The notes: a model not told the origin generated them from the sequence alone. Positions 25,798 through 52,637 are shown, counted from the stretch's first letter. The stretch: DNA of 64,000 bases from the human T2T-CHM13v2.0 reference genome, Homo sapiens (GCF_009914755.1 NC_060947.1); one strand, 5' to 3'. Translations and numbers: made by a program.

Positions 25798-28700
25798 TGA
25801 ATTTTTAGTAGAGACGGGGTTTCACCATGTTGGCCAGGCTGGTTTTGAACTCCTGACCTCAAGCGATCCACCCACCTTGGCCTCCCAAAGTGCTGGGGTT
25901 GCAGGCGTGAGCCACCGCATCCAGCCGAGATAATTTGTTTTGATTTCACAGGTTCACAGCTGGAGGAATTTGCTTTAGAATGAACTGTGCTTACAGTATC
26001 ACCCATATCTGGTTTAGACGAGACTCTGGGCTTTGAACTTTTGAGTTGGTACTGGAACAAATTAAGACTATGGGTCTATTGAGATGGAATGAATGTATTT
26101 TACATGTGAGAAGGGTATGAATTTGGTGGACCAGAGGCAGAAGGCTGTGGTTTGAATGTGTCCCCAAAAAGCATGTGTTAAAAACTTAATTCCCAATGCA
26201 ACAGTGTTGGGAGGTGAGGCCTAATGAGAGGTGATTAGGCCATAGGGCAGAGTGAAGGAATTAATGCTATTATCACAAGAGTGGGTTCACTATAAAAGGG
26301 GGAGTTTAACCCCCTGTATTAGTCTGTTTTCATGCTGTTGATAAGGACATACCCGAGACTGGGCAATTTACAAAAGAAAGAGGTTGAATGGACTCACAGT
26401 TACACGTGGCTGAGGAGGCCTCACAATCATGGTGGAAGATGAAGGGCACATCTCACATGGCGGCAGACAAGAGAGGAGAGCTTGTGCAGGAAAACTCCCC
26501 TTTATAAAACCATCAGATCTCATGAGACTTATTCACTATCGTGAGAACAGCATGGGAAAGACCTGCCCCCATGATTCAATTACCTCCCACCAGGTCTCTC
26601 CCACAACAGGTGGGAATTCAAGATAAGATTTGGGTGGCGACACAGCCAAACTATATCATTCTGCCCCTGGCCCCTCCAAAATTTCATGTCTTCACATTTC
26701 AAAACCAATCATACCTTCCCAACAGTCCCCCAAAGTCTTAACTCATTCCAGCATTAACTCAGAAGTCCACAGTCCAAAGTCTGATCTGAGACAAGGCAAG
26801 TCCCTTCCGCCTATGAGCCTGTAAAATCAAAAGCAAGTTAGTTACTTCCTAGATATGATGGGGGTACAGGCATTGGCTAAATACAACTGTTCCAAGTGGG
26901 AGACATTGGCCAAAACAAGGGGGCTACAGACCCCATGGAAGTCAGAAATCTAGTGGGGCAGTCAAATATTAAAGCTCCAAAATGATCTTCTTTGACTCTA
27001 TGTCTCACATCCAGGTCACACTGATGCAAGAGGTAGGCTCCCATGGTCTTGGGCAGTTCCACCCCTGTGGCTTTGCAGGGTACAGACTCCTTCCCAGCAG
27101 CTTTCATGGGCTTGTGTTGAGTGTCTGTGGCTTTTCCAGGCTCATGGTGCAAGCTGTTGGTGGATCGACTATTCTGGGGTCTGGAGGATAGTGGCCCTCT
27201 TCTCACAGCTCCACTAGGCAGTGCTCCAGTGGGGACTCTGTGTGGGGGCTCCGACCCCACATTTCCCTTCTGCACTGCCCTAGCAGAGGTTCTCCATGAG
27301 GACTTTGCCCCTGCAGCAAACTTCTGCCTGGACAGCCAGGCATTTCCATACATCCTCTGAAAGCTAGGCAGAGGTTCCCAAACCTCAGTTCTTGTTTTCT
27401 GTGCACCTGCAGGACCAACACCACATGGAAGCTGCCAAGGCTTGGGGTTTGCACCCTTTGAAGCAACGGCCTGAGCTGTACCTTGGCTCCTTTTAGCCAC
27501 GGCTGGAAAGGCTGGGAGTCCCTAGGCTGCACACAGGAGGGGGTGCCCTGGACCCAGCCCAGGAAACCATTTTTCCCTTTTAGGCATCCAGGCCTGTGAT
27601 GGGCGGGCCTGCCCCGAACGTCTCTGACATGCCCTGGAGACATTTTCCCCATTGTCTTGGTGATTAACATTCGGTTCCTCGTTACTTATGCAAATTTCTG
27701 AAGTGGCTTGAATTTCTCCCCAGAAAATGGGGGTTTCTTTTCTATCACATATTCAGGCTGCAAATTTTTCAAACTTTTATGCTCTGTTTGTTTCCTCTTG
27801 AACACTTAGCTGCTTAGAAATTTCTTCCGCCAGGTATCCTAAATAATCTCTCTCAAGTTCAAAGTTCCACAGATCTCCAAGGCAGGGGCAAAAAGCCACC
27901 AGTCTCTGCTAAAGCATACCTTTGCTCCAGTTCCCAACAGGTTCCTCATCTCCATCTGAGGCCATATCAGCCTGGAATTTATTTTTCATATCACTACCAG
28001 CATTTTGGTCAAAGCCATTCAACAAATGTCTAGGAAGTTCCAAACTTCCCCACATCTTCCTGTCTCCTTTAGAGCCCTCCAAACTGTTCCAACCTCTGCC
28101 TGTTACCCAGTTCCAAAGTTGCTTCCACATTTTTGGGTATCCTTATAGCAGCACCCAACTCCTGGTACCAATTTACTGTATTAGCCCCTTTATAAAACCA
28201 TTAGTCTAAGGGAGGAGACCACCCCTCATATTGTCTTATGCTCAATTTCTGCCTCCAAAGAAAGAAGAAGTAAAAACTAAAAGGCAGAAATGAAATCCAT
28301 AGGCTGCCACACCCTGGGCCTGGTTAAAGATTGACCCCTGACCTAACCAGTTATGTTATCTATAGATTCCAGACATTGTATGGAAAAGCATTGTGAAAAT
28401 CCCTGTCCTATTCTGTCCCGTTCCGATTACCAGTGCATGCAGCCCCCAGTCACGTACCCCCTGCTTGCTCAATTGATCATGACTCTCTCACGTGGACCCC
28501 CTTAGAGTTGTAAGCCCTTAAAAGGGATGGGAATTGCTCACTCGGGGAGCTCAGTTTTTGGAGATGTGAGTCTTGCTGAAGCTCCCAGCTGAATAAAGCC
28601 CTTCCTTCTTTAACTCGGTGTCTGAGGGATTTTGTCTGAGGCTTGTCCTGCTACATTACTTGGTTCCCTGACCAGTTAGAAAGGTGATTAATGGATGGTG

Positions 28701-29203
28701 GAGGCAGCCCCTTAGGCAGCTTAGGCCTGCCCTGTGGAGCATCCCTGCAGGGGACTCCAGCCAGCTTGAGTGACGCGGATCCTGAGAGTGCCCCGGGGTA
28801 GGCAATTACCCCAGTGGAACGCCTCACCAGAGCAGCATGTGGCAGGCCCCTGTGGAAGATCAACTCAGTGGCTGAACACCGGGAAGGAACTGGCACTTGG
28901 AGTCTGGACATCTGAAACTTGGTAAGACTGGTCTTTGGAACTTGCCCACTCCATTTCAATGGAAGCGTGGCCTGATCACCCACGATGTGCCTGTACCGGC
29001 ACTTTGGTTTTTGTTTTTGACTTGACTTGGGTTGCTTGATACTTTGGTTTTGGTTTTGACCTGGCTTAGATTTCTGGATACTCTGATTTTGGTTTTGATT
29101 CTGGTTTGGTGTAAACTGTAAAAGTGTGTGTGTGCCCTTTTTACCCGTTCTTTGTTTTGTGGTGTGTGTGTGGTGTGAGAGTGGTGTTTTGTCTTGAGGA
29201 AGC

Positions 29204-29443
29204 ATGGGTCGGGCACAAGGTAAGCCCACCCCACTAGGAACTATGTTGAAAATTTTCAAGAAAGGATTTACGGGAGATTACAGTGTTACTATGACACCAG
29301 GAAAACTTAGAACTTTGTGTGAAATAGACTGGCCAGCATTAGAGGTGGGTTGGCCATCAGAAGGAAGCTTGGACAGGTCCCTTGTTTTAAAGGTATGGCA
29401 CAAGGTAACCTGTAAGCCAGGGAACCCAGACCAGTTCCCGTAG
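29204..29443 (+). pseudogene. ERV gag matrix fragment
   Basis: MGRAQGKPTPLGTMLK...LRTLCEIDWPALEVGWPSEGSLD, gammaretroviral MA-like, ending at a premature stop. Confidence 0.8.
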
Positions 29444-31087
29444 CTAGACACTTGGTTACAGGTGGTTTTAGACCCCCCCACACACACAGTGGTTGAGAGA
29501 ACAGCAGCATAAGCGGCTGGCAGAGGCAAGGAAAGACCAGCAGAGGGAGAGAGAGGAAAGAGACAGAGAGGAAAGAGGCAAAGAGAGAGAGGAAGAGACA
29601 GAGAGACAAAGAGGGAGTCGAGGAGAAAAAGAGAGGAAGAGACAGAGGCAAAAGGAAAGTCAAAAAGAGAGACAGAAAGTCAAAAAAAGAAAGAGAGAAA
29701 TATACAAGTAGTTAAAAAAAAAAAAAACAGCGTACCCTATCTATTCCTTTAAAAGCCCGGGTAAATTTAAAACCTATAATTGATAATTGAAGGTCTTCTC
29801 CGTGACCCTACAACACTCCAATACAACCTTGTTGTAAGTGTAAACAAGGGCGTAGCCTGAAAGCATTGAGGCCACTGACTACCTGTAGCCTTCCTATCAA
29901 AAATCCTTAACCCAGTAACCTGTGGATGGCCCAAATGCATTCAATCTGTAGTGGCAACTGCTTTGCTAACAGAATAAAGTAGAAAAATAACTTTTAGAGG
30001 AAATCTCATTATGAGCACACCTCACTAGTTCAGAAGTATCCTAAGCGGGGGAAAAAAAAAGATGATTTAACATTAACCACTGAAAATTCCCTTAACCCAG
30101 CAGGTTTCCTAACAGGGGATCTAAATCTTAATTACCATACAAAGGTCTGATCAGACCTAGGAGGAACTCCCTTCAGGACAGGATGATAGATGCTTCCTCC
30201 CAGGTAATTGAAGAAAAAAAAGCCATCTATACCAATTCTAAGTTAATTTGGACTAAACAAGGTCTTATTAATAGCAAAGGATAATTGAAATCCCAAACTT
30301 ACAAGATTTTCAACAAAAGTAAAGTTTGCTAAAAGTTAACAATGTAACATGTATTATAATAACTTCTAATCTTGTGGCCTTAGACAATCTAGCCCACAGA
30401 CATAAAGGAAGTTCACTTTGGAAAAGAATGGTTATCTTAGAAGAAAAAAAAAAGGGGGGAAAAGATGGGGGCAGAGTTTATGTAAAAAGAATATTATATG
30501 GTAAATTCTTGTCCTGAAATAAATTAACTGGTTGTTTAAAGAAAGAAATGTTTGTAATAAGTCTGAAAGTTGAGGCAGGTCAAAGAATTGTCTGTGAAAG
30601 TCATGAAAGAGAAAAAATATATATTATAAAAAAAGAATTTATGCAAGAAATGTTGTATAATTTAAAAGTAACTAAGCCTCCTGAATGTAAAACTATTGAA
30701 AAAATAGTTTATGTGCAAGGTGTATAAGGAAAGTAAAATATACCTTTGGTAAAAGGATTATAAGGTGGCATAAGAATGTAAATTTTTACCTACATTAAAA
30801 GGTTAAAACAAATTTGTTTTGAAGGTTTAAGCAAGTTTTAAAATGTTAATTGTAAAAAAAATTCTGCGTGTAAACATATTAGCTAAAGTTAAAGGGGTAT
30901 CATCCAGTTTTTCTGTGAAGTGAACATTAAAATAAAAACACAACGTGTTTCTCTTAAAGCACTAACCTGCTCTTTAACACAGATTATAAAAGGTTAAAAA
31001 GAGTCTATAAAAATCTTACCTTATGGTCTGACATTAAAAACTGAATAAATATGTCTGCAAAGTTTTATTAAAACTAAGTTTAACATT

Positions 31088-31415
<328 letters not shown>

Positions 31416-33099
31416 TTATCTGGTATAAAAATCATACAGGAAGCATTATCAAATATAAAATGGTGTTTGACTTCTTTGGTCCAAAAACTAATAAAAATAG
31501 GTGCTAAAGGAAATTTCTCAGTAGAAAGTCACCAAGGACTATAATGTCCACTGCTGATGTCCCCACATTTAAAACAAAAGGTCAGTTTCTTAAAAATTAT
31601 ATACTTGGTTAATCCTCCACTTCCCTTTCCCTCAAAACTAAAAGTCTTTTAGCACATGTACCACCCCTAGAATTTCCAGTAAACCAGCACCAGCACCAGC
31701 CTGAAGATCACGTTCTCATCAAAGGATGAAAAAAAAGGAAACTCGAGCCAGCCTAGGAAGGACCCTATCTTGTGCTGCTAACCACCGAGACTGCTGTTCG
31801 TACAGCGAAAAAAGGATGGACTCATCACACCTGAGTCAAGAAAGCGCCACCCCCTCCAGAATCATGGGCCATAGTCCCAGGGGAAAACCCTACCAAACTA
31901 AAGCTAAGAAAAATTTAACTCTTTCATCTATTCTATTACTCTTTCTTCTTTCCTCGCTCTATTGCTGACCATCTAGTTATTAACATAACCAAGTCAATTT
32001 TACCTCAGACTATTGCATTTAATGCTTGTCTTGTTATACCCTGTGGGGACCTGCCAAGTCAAAGACAGTTCTGTACTTGAGAAAAATACATCTGTCCCTC
32101 CTGACTCTCCTCAGACTGGGCATTGGTAAATTAGGACCATTTAATCAGGGGAAATTTCAATAAAGACTCCAGTGTCAACCAGGAGTCTTGCTCCCCAATG
32201 TAGAGCTTTTATGCTGTACTTGGTCCAACATTCTGTGGACCACTAAAGTGCAAGGATGGACTGCCCCAACTGGTTTTTGTAATTTCCTAAAATCATACAT
32301 TCATTTTACTAGAGGATCATAGAAGTTAAAGACTTAAAACAAACTTTGGCAATTAAGACAGGATACCAAGATGCAAATGCCTGGTTGGAATGGATCAAAT
32401 ATTCCGTCTGCACCTTAAACAAAAGCAATTCTTATGCTTGTGCATATGGCAGGCCAGAGTCCCAGATTGTCCCCTTTCCACTAAGGTGGTCCTCCAGTGG
32501 ACCAGGCATGCGCTGCATGGTAGCTCTTTTCCAGGATTCTACAGCCTGGAGTGATAAGTCGTGCCAAGCTCTCTCTGCTATATCCCAAAGTACGGCACCC
32601 TGTGGGTCAGCCCCCAAGGGCCATCCAGCTTCCGTCTCCCAACACTAACTTCACTTCTTGTCTCTCACGACAGGGAGGAAACTTAGCATTCCTTGGAGAC
32701 CTGAAGGGATGCAGTGAGCTTAATAATTTTCAAGAGCTTATCAATCAGTCAGCGCTTGTTCATCCCTGAGTGGATGTGTGGTGGTATTGGGGTGGACCTT
32801 TATTGGGCACTCTGCCGAATAACTGGAGTGGCACTTGTACTTTAGTCCAATTGGCTATCCCTTTCACCCTGGCATTTCATCAACCAGAGGGAGGAAAAAT
32901 AAGACATTGTAAAGCGAGAGAAGCCCCTTATAGGTCTTTCGACTCTCATGTCTATTTAGACGCAATTGGAGTCCCATGGGGAATACCAGATCAATTTAAA
33001 GCTTGAAATCAAATAGCTGCAGGATTTGAGTCAATATTTTGGTCGGTGACAGTTAATAAAAATTTAGATTGGATAAACTACATCTATTACAACCAACAG

Positions 33100-33700
33100 C
33101 AATGAGCTTTTCATGAGTTAAAAGAAAAACTCATGTCGGCCCCAGCCCTGGGGCTACCTGACCTGACAAAACCCTTTACACTCTATGTGTCAGAAAGAGA
33201 AAAAATGGCAGTTTTGGAGTTTTAACCCAGACTGTGGGGCCCTCTCTCAAAACAACTAGACGGGGTTTCCAAAGGCTGGCCCCCATGTCTAAGGGCCCTG
33301 GCAGCAATGGCCCTGTTAGCACAAGAAGCAGATAAACTAACCCTTGGGCAAAACCTGAATATAAAGGCCCCCCATGCTGTGGTAACTTTGATGAATACCA
33401 AAGGACATCACTGGATAACAAATGCTAGATTAACCAAGTACCAAAGCTTGCTATGTGAAAATCCCCACATAACCACTGAAGTTTGCAACACCCTAAACCC
33501 AGCTACCTTGCTCCCAGTATCAGAGAGCCCAGTTGAACACAACTGTGTAGAGGTATTGGACTCAGTTTATTCTAGTGGGCCCAACCTTTGAGACCATCCT
33601 TGAACATCAGTAGACTGTGAGCGGTATGTGGACGGGAGCAGCTTCGCCAACCCCTGCAAAGTAACTCTGAAGAAGTCGACAAGCCCTGCTCCAGTCACAC
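33100..33700 (+). pseudogene. ERV pol fragment (RT connection / RNase H start)
   Basis: [18 protein letters not shown]; LLAQEADKLTLGQNL...APHAV; YVDGSSF, with stops and frameshifts. Confidence 0.8.
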
Positions 33701-34924
33701 CCGGAAGCTGACTGGTCCACGCACGGCTGAAGCATGAGAAAACTCATCGCGGGACTCATTTTCCTTAACATTTGGACTTGTACAGTAAGGACTTCAACTG
33801 ACCTTCCTTGGACTGAGGACTGTTCCTAGTGTATACATCAAGTCACTGAGGTAGGACAAAAGGTTGCTATGGTCCTATTATTTTATGGTTATTATAAGTG
33901 TACTAGAACTCTAAAAAGAACTTGCTTGTATAATGTTATTCTATACAAGGTACATAGCCCAGGAAATGACCAACCTAATGTGTGTTATGACCCATCTGAG
34001 CCTCCCATGACCACAGTTTTTGAAATAAGATTAAGAACTGAGGACTGATGGGGGCTCATAAACAATACGAGTAAAGTGTTAGCCAAAACAGAAGAAAAAG
34101 GGGTGCCCAAACAAGTCACCTTGAAATCTGATGCCTGTGCTGTCATTAATAGTAATAAGTTAGGAATATGATGTGGTTCCCTTAATTAAGAAAGAGGCTA
34201 TATGGCAGAACGTAAGTACACTTGTCATGAATTAAGACTGTGTGGAAATAAATGTGGATAGTGGTCTTGTGTCATTTAGGCTACTTGGATAAAAAATAAA
34301 AAAAATCCTGTCCATCTTCAGAAAGGGAAAAGTGGCCCTTCCTGTACCAGTGGTCAGTGTAACCCCTTAGAACTGGTAATAACCAAATCCCTTGATCCTT
34401 GCTGGAAAAAAGGGGAGCATGTAACCTTAGGAACTGATGGGGCTGGACTGGATCCTCGAGTAAATATTGTGGTTTGAGTAGAAGTTTATAAACACTCTCC
34501 TGAGCCAGTATTTCAAACCTTCTATGATGAACTGAATGTGCCAGTACCAGAAATTCCAGGAAAAACAAGAAATTTGTTTTTTCAATTAGCCGAGCATGTA
34601 GCCCAGTCTCTCAATGTCACTTCATGTTATGTATGTGGAGGAACGGTAATGGGAGACCAATGGCCATGGGAAGCCCAAAAATTAGTACCTACAGACCCAG
34701 TTCCTGATGAATTCCTGGCTCAAAAAAATTACCCTGATAATTTCTGGGTCCTAAAAGCCTCAATCATTAGATAATACTATATAGCAAGAGTGGGGAAGGA
34801 CTTCACCCTTCCTGTGGGAAGACTCAGCTGCCTTGGGCAAAAACTGTATAATAGTACTACAAAAACAGCCACCTAGTGGAGTTCAAACCACACTAAGAAA
34901 AATCCATTTAGTAAATTCCCAAAG

Positions 34925-35797
34925 TTGCAAAACGTGTGGACCCACCCAGAGTCCCACCGGGACTGGACAGCCCCCACTAGATTATACTGGATATGTGGGC
35001 ATAGACCTTATGTCAAATTACCCAACCAGTGGGCAGGTAGTTGTATTATTGGCACTATTAAACCATCTTTCTTCCTACTGCCCATAAAGACAGGCGAACT
35101 CCTGGGCTTCCCTGTCTATGCTTCCCACGCAAAGAGAAGCATAGCTATTGGAAATTGGAAAGATAATGAATGGCCCCCTGAGAGAATCATACAATATTAT
35201 GAGCCTGCTACTTGGGCACAAGACGGCTTGTGGGGATACCAGATCCCCATTTACATGCTCAACCGAATCATATGGTTACAAGCTGTCTTAGAAATAATCA
35301 CTAATAAGACCAGCAGAGCCTTGACTATTCTGGCCCGGCAAGAAACCCAAATGAGAAATGCTATTTATCAAAATAGATTGGTTCTCGACTACTTGCTAGC
35401 AGCTGAAGGAGGGGTCTGTGGGAAATTTAACCTTACTAATTGCTGTCTACACATAGATGATCAAGGGCGAGTAGTTGAAGACATAGTTAGAAATATGACA
35501 AAATTGGCACATGTGCCCGTGCAAATGTGGCATGGATTTGATCCTGGGGCCATGTTTGGAAAATGGTTCCCAGCACTGGAAAGATTTAAAACTCTTATAA
35601 TGGGAGTTATAATAGTAATAGAAACCTGCTTACTGCTCCCTTGTTTACTATCTGTACTTCTTCAAACGATAAGGAGCTTCATCGCTACCTTAGTTCACCA
35701 AAATGCTTCAGCACAGGTATGCTATATGAATCACTATCGATCTATCTTGCAAGAAGGCATGGGTAGTGAGAATGAAAGTGAGAACTCCCACTATTGA
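34925..35797 (+). pseudogene. ERV env 3' part (SU end + complete TM), open for 290 codons
   Basis: Immunosuppressive-domain [27 protein letters not shown] motif and hydrophobic anchor. Upstream env is broken by stops. Confidence 0.88.
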
Positions 35798-36662
35798 GTG
35801 AGATTCTCAAAGCGGGGAAATAAGGGAGGAGACTACCCCTCATTTTGTCTTATTCCCAATTTCTGCCTCCAAAGAAAGAAGAAGTAAAAACTAAAAGGCA
35901 GAAATGAAATCCACAGGCAGACAACCCAGCGCTGCACCCTGGGCCTGGTTAAAGATCGACCCCAACCTAACGGGTTATGTTATCTATAAATTCCAGACAT
36001 TGTATGGAAAAGCACTGTGAAAATCCCTGTCCTGTTCTGTTCCATTCTGATTACTGGTGCATGCAGCCCCCAGTCACCTACCCCTGCTTGCTCAATTGAT
36101 CATGACCCTCTCATGTGGACCCCCTTAGAGTTGTAAGCCCCTAAAAGGGACAGGAATTGCTCACTCAGGGAGCTCGGTCTTTGGAGACATGAGTCTTGCC
36201 GAAGCTCCCGGCTGAATAAAGCCCTTCCTTCTTTAACTCGGTGCCTGAGGGATTTTGTCTGTGGCTTGTCCTGCTCCAAGTCCCTTTATAAAACCATTAG
36301 ATCTCATGGGACTTATTCACTATCATGAGAACAGCACTGGAAACACCTGCCCTCATGATTCAATTACCTCCCACCAGGTCCCTCCCAAAACATGTGGGAA
36401 TTCAAGATGAGATTTGAGTGGGGACATGGCCAAATCATATCACCCCCATTCTCTCTCTCTCTCTGTCACCCTTGCTTTGCCCTTCTGCCATGGAATGATG
36501 CAGCAAGCTTTGCCTAGTTGCTGGTCCCTTGATCTTGGACTTTCCAGCCTCCAGAACCTTGAGCCAATGAAATTCTGTTCATTATAAACTACCCAGTCTG
36601 GCCAGGTGTGGTGGTTCACGCCTGTAATCCCAGAACTTTGGGAAGCCAAGGCAGGCGGGTCA

Positions 36663-38120
<1,458 letters not shown>

Positions 38121-38624
38121 AGGGGCAGGGTGCGGTGGCTCACATCTGTAATCCTATCACTTTGAGAGGCCAAGGCAGGAAGATTGCATGAGGCTAGGAG
38201 TTCGAGACCAGCCTGGGCAACATGGTGAAACCCCGTCTCTACAAACACATACAAAAATTAGCCAGGTGTGGTGGTGCATGCCTGTAGTCCCAGCTACTTG
38301 GAAGGGTGAGGCGGGAGGATCACTCAATCCCAGGAAGTCGAGGTTGCTGAGCTGTGATTAAACAACTGCACTCCAGTGGGTGACAGAGCGACACTCCGTC
38401 TCAAAACAAAACAAAACAAACATCATTTTCAGACCAGCTTGGGAGCCAGCCCTACTCTCTCTCAAAAGCCTCATTGTGTGAGTAATAAATTTTTCATACC
38501 TTCTTGGTGTATGCGTGGCATCAGCAGGCTTGACATTTGAACCAAATTTGCTGTGTGTGTGTATTCATGGATCCACCTCACCTCTGCAGGGTGATACAGT
38601 AATGACCTTGACAAAAGGGGTACT

Positions 38625-42304
<3,680 letters not shown>

Positions 42305-42343
<39 letters not shown>
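42305..42343. repeat. (CA)n microsatellite
   Basis: Directly visible. Confidence 0.95.
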
Positions 42344-42346
<3 letters not shown>

Positions 42347-42916
42347 TCATGAATCAGAAAAATGGATCATTGATTACCACAAAATCAGCAGCCAGAGCTA
42401 TACCTTGCATCAATTCCTCATGCCCCAGCTCACACGAAGCCAGATATTTCCTGTGCGTTCAGTGGGTTGCATCATGCGGGAAGAAACTAAAATTAGGAGA
42501 CTAAGCTGTTGTGAACTTGCTGACACACCTGCCTGTCCTCCCCTCCATAGCCAGAGATTATTCATTACCCTGGAATGTCAGCAATCTCCTGGTTGTGGGG
42601 AGGGGTGGGGCATTTCTATGTTTCTTACGCTGAACTGTCTCTAAATCTCTCCAGAGGGATGCACTATCTCAATATCCAAGGCTGCTGTTCAAACATTGTT
42701 CAGAAGGCCTAGCCCATGCAGGAACATGAGTGATCTGTGCAGATCTGCCTCCCAACACATTGCTATATAGTATTTCCTTGCGTGAATATACCATCATTTT
42801 TGTATCCATTCTTTGGCTGATGTGCATTTGGGTAGTTTTTAGTTTGGGGCTATTATGAAAAAAGTTGCTATAAACATTATTTTATGTCTTTGGTTAACAT
42901 TTATACACATTCTGTT

Positions 42917-48643
<5,727 letters not shown>

Positions 48644-48666
48644 AACATTTATACACATTCTGTTTA

Positions 48667-48954
<288 letters not shown>

Positions 48955-49161
48955 TCAGTGAGCCAAGATCTTGCCACTGCACTCCAGCCTGGGTGACAAG
49001 AGTGAAACTCTGTCTCAAAAAAAAAAAAAAGAAAGAAAGAAAAAAGGAACTATAAAACGGTTTTCCAAAATAATTGTTGTATCCATTATGCTCCCATCAG
49101 CTGTGAATGAGACATTCTGTCTCTGGAAATGCTTACCAACAGTTGGTATTATCAGATTTTA

Positions 49162-49299
<138 letters not shown>

Positions 49300-49302
49300 T
49301 TA

Positions 49303-49518
<216 letters not shown>

Positions 49519-49675
49519 TTAATATACAGCTCTCTGATTTAGTGTGAGCATATTTCTATATATTTATTGGCCATTTGGGTTTCCTCTTATGCAAAATGTT
49601 TGTTCATAACCTTTGCATACTTTTTGATTGGGCGTCTTGTCTTTCCCTTAAAATTTTTTAGGAGTTCTTTTTATA

Positions 49676-50120
49676 TGAGGGGTCATCTAAAAGTACACGG
49701 AAAATGCATTTGGTGAAAAAAACTATATGCATGGATTTCAAATGTTTTATAGTTTTTTGTTGTTTTTCTGTTTTGCTTTTTTCCTTCCTATTTTTGTTTT
49801 GCTTTTATTTATTTATTTTTGTTTTTTCTTTTTTGAATTTCAATTTTTTTTTACACCAAAATAAATCTGTACTAACTTGTTATAACATGTCTGAACAGGA
49901 TCTGGTTTGAGGGGTTAAGAAGGATAAGACATCAATTTGAAAAGAGCCTCTACCAGAGCCACATGAATTCTGCTAATACTGAAGCAAGAACAAAATCAAA
50001 TTTATGGTGATGGTTGGGTGGAAGAATGGTGAAAAATCATTGATGCTTTCTGAAAAGTTTATGGGGACAATGCCCCCAAATAAATCAGCAGTTTACAAAT
50101 AGATAACTCAGCTTAAGAAT
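49676..50120 (+). mobile_element. Hsmar2 mariner DNA transposon, 5' part (left TIR + transposase N-terminus)
   Basis: TA followed by TIR-like tgaggggtcatctaaaagt...ggaaaatg. ATG at 49963 gives MNSA..EART, then frameshifted IKFMV..GWKNGE...KVYGDNAP..SAVYK. Confidence 0.8.
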
Positions 50121-50908
50121 GGGCCAGGTGTGGCGGCTCATGCCTGTAATCCCAGAACTTTGGGAGGCCAAGGCAGGCCAACCGCTTGAGCCCAGGAGTT
50201 TAAGACCAGCCTGAGCAACATGGCGAAACCTCATCTCTACAAAAAAATGGAAAAATTAGCCAGGCGTGGTGGCACGTGCCTGTAGTCCCAGCTACTACTC
50301 GGGAGGCTGAGCTGGGAGAATCACCTGAGCCAGGGTAAGTTGAGGCTGCAGTGAGCCATGATCATGCCACTGTACTCCAGCCTGGGTGACAGAGTAAGAG
50401 TCTGTCTCAAAACAAAACAAAACAAAACAAAAAACAGAAGCCAATAGCAAGATGAATCACATGCTGGAATTATCTGACAAGGATTTTAGAGTAGTCACCA
50501 TAAAAATGAGTCAATAAGGAATTACAAATAAACTGGAAACAAAAGAAGAAATAGAAATTCTTTGGCCAGGTGCGATGGCTCACAACTGTAATCCCAGTAC
50601 TTTGGGAGGCCAAGGCGGTTAGGACGTTTGAGTCCAGGAGCTCAAGACCAGCCTGGGCAATATGGTGAAGCCCCACCTCTACAGAAAATACAAAAAGTAG
50701 CCAGTTATGGTGGTGTGCACTTGTGGTTCCAGCTACTTGGGAGGCTGAGCTTAGGAGGATCGATTCAGCCTAGGAGGTTGAGGCTGCAGTGAGCTGTGAT
50801 TGCACCACTGCACTCCAGCCTGGGCAACAGAGTGAGACCCCATCTCAAAAAAAAATTATCAACATATAGATGATATAGAAAAAGAACCAAATAGAAATGA
50901 TAGAACTA

Positions 50909-51172
<264 letters not shown>

Positions 51173-51835
51173 TCACTCCAGCCTGGGCAAAAGAGCAAAA
51201 CTCCATCCAAAAAAAAGAAAAAAAGAAAAAGAAAACAGAAAATTAAAGCTAATGCAAAAGGTTCAATGGCAGAATGAATATGACAGAGAAGTGATCTGGC
51301 AGACAGAACAGTAGAAAGTGTCCAATCTCAACAACAGAGAGAAAATACACTGAAAAAAAGATGGACAGAGTCTCAGAGACCTATAGGGCAACAACAAAGA
51401 TCTAAGATTTATGTCACTGGACTTCTGCAAGAAGAGGAGAAATAGTAGTGAAGAAAACATATTTAAAGAAATAATGGCTGAAAGCTTCCCAAATTGGGCA
51501 AAGGACATAAACCTACGGATTGAAGTTGTGCAAACCCCAGTAGGATAAACCAAACGAAACCCACGCCCATATGTCATCATTTAACCTCTAAACACTAAAA
51601 ACAAAGGAAAACCCTTGAAAGCAGCTAGAGAGAAATGACACATGAGGCATAGGGGACACTGATTAGAATGACAGTGGTGTTTTCATCTGAAACTAGGGAA
51701 ACTAAAAGGAAGTGGCATGATATTCTTCAAGTACTGAAAGAACTGTCAACTGAGAGTCCTACATTGGGGAAAGTCTCTTTCAGGAATGAGAGGGAAATAA
51801 AGACATTCTCAGGCGAAGGAAAACTAAAACAAGTC

Positions 51836-52215
51836 TGTGTTAATCAGTTCAGGCTACCATGATGAAATACCATAGACTGGGTGGCTTGAACAACATGAAT
51901 TCATTTCTCACAGTTCGGGAGGCTGGGAAGTCCTCAGTCAAGATGCTGGCTGATCTGGTTTCCAGAAAGGGCTCTCTTAGCAGCTTGCAGAGGGCTGCCT
52001 CCTGGCTGTGTCCTTCCATGGTGGGAGGAGAGAGAAGGGTAGGGGAAACAAGCTCTCTGGTGTCTCTTATAAGGGCACTTGTCCCATCACAAGGGCCCCT
52101 GATGACCTCATCTAAACCCAATTACTTCCCCAAAATCCCACATCCAAATACTGTCACATGGGGGGTGAAGGCTTCAACACATGAATTTTGGGGGAGACAA
52201 AATTCAGTCCATAGC
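51836..52215 (-). mobile_element. MLT1-type MaLR solo LTR
   Basis: aaataccatagactgggtggcttgaacaac...gaattttgggggagacaaaattcagtccatagca. Confidence 0.75.
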
Positions 52216-52637
52216 AAATTTGTTTCCAGGACATCTGCTGTTAAAGAAAGGTGAAAGGAAGCTCTTCAAACAGAAGTGAAATAACAGACGAAGGTGTGGA
52301 ACTTCAGAAAGGAAAAGAGAACAACAAAATGGGTTAAAATAGGAGTAAATACTCTTCTCCTCATGAGCTTTTTCATTTTCTCATGAGGTTTTTAAACCAT
52401 ATTTGATGGTTGAAGCAAAACATTGTAACAACATTTGATACGGTTTTCAATGTATATAGAGAGAACACTTAGGACAATTACATTTTGAAAATAGGATAGG
52501 TAAAGGGATCTAAAGGGAAGTAAATTCCTCCACGTCAATTACAGTAGTAAAACATTGACATTGGTGGACTGTGATAAGTTACACGTGCAGGTTGTAATAC
52601 CTAGAGCAATCACTAAGAAGACCATACAAAGTGATTG

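Noticed and set aside
26877-27500. 207 aa minus-strand ORF
   Set aside because: Remnant of the THE1 internal ORF, not a host gene.
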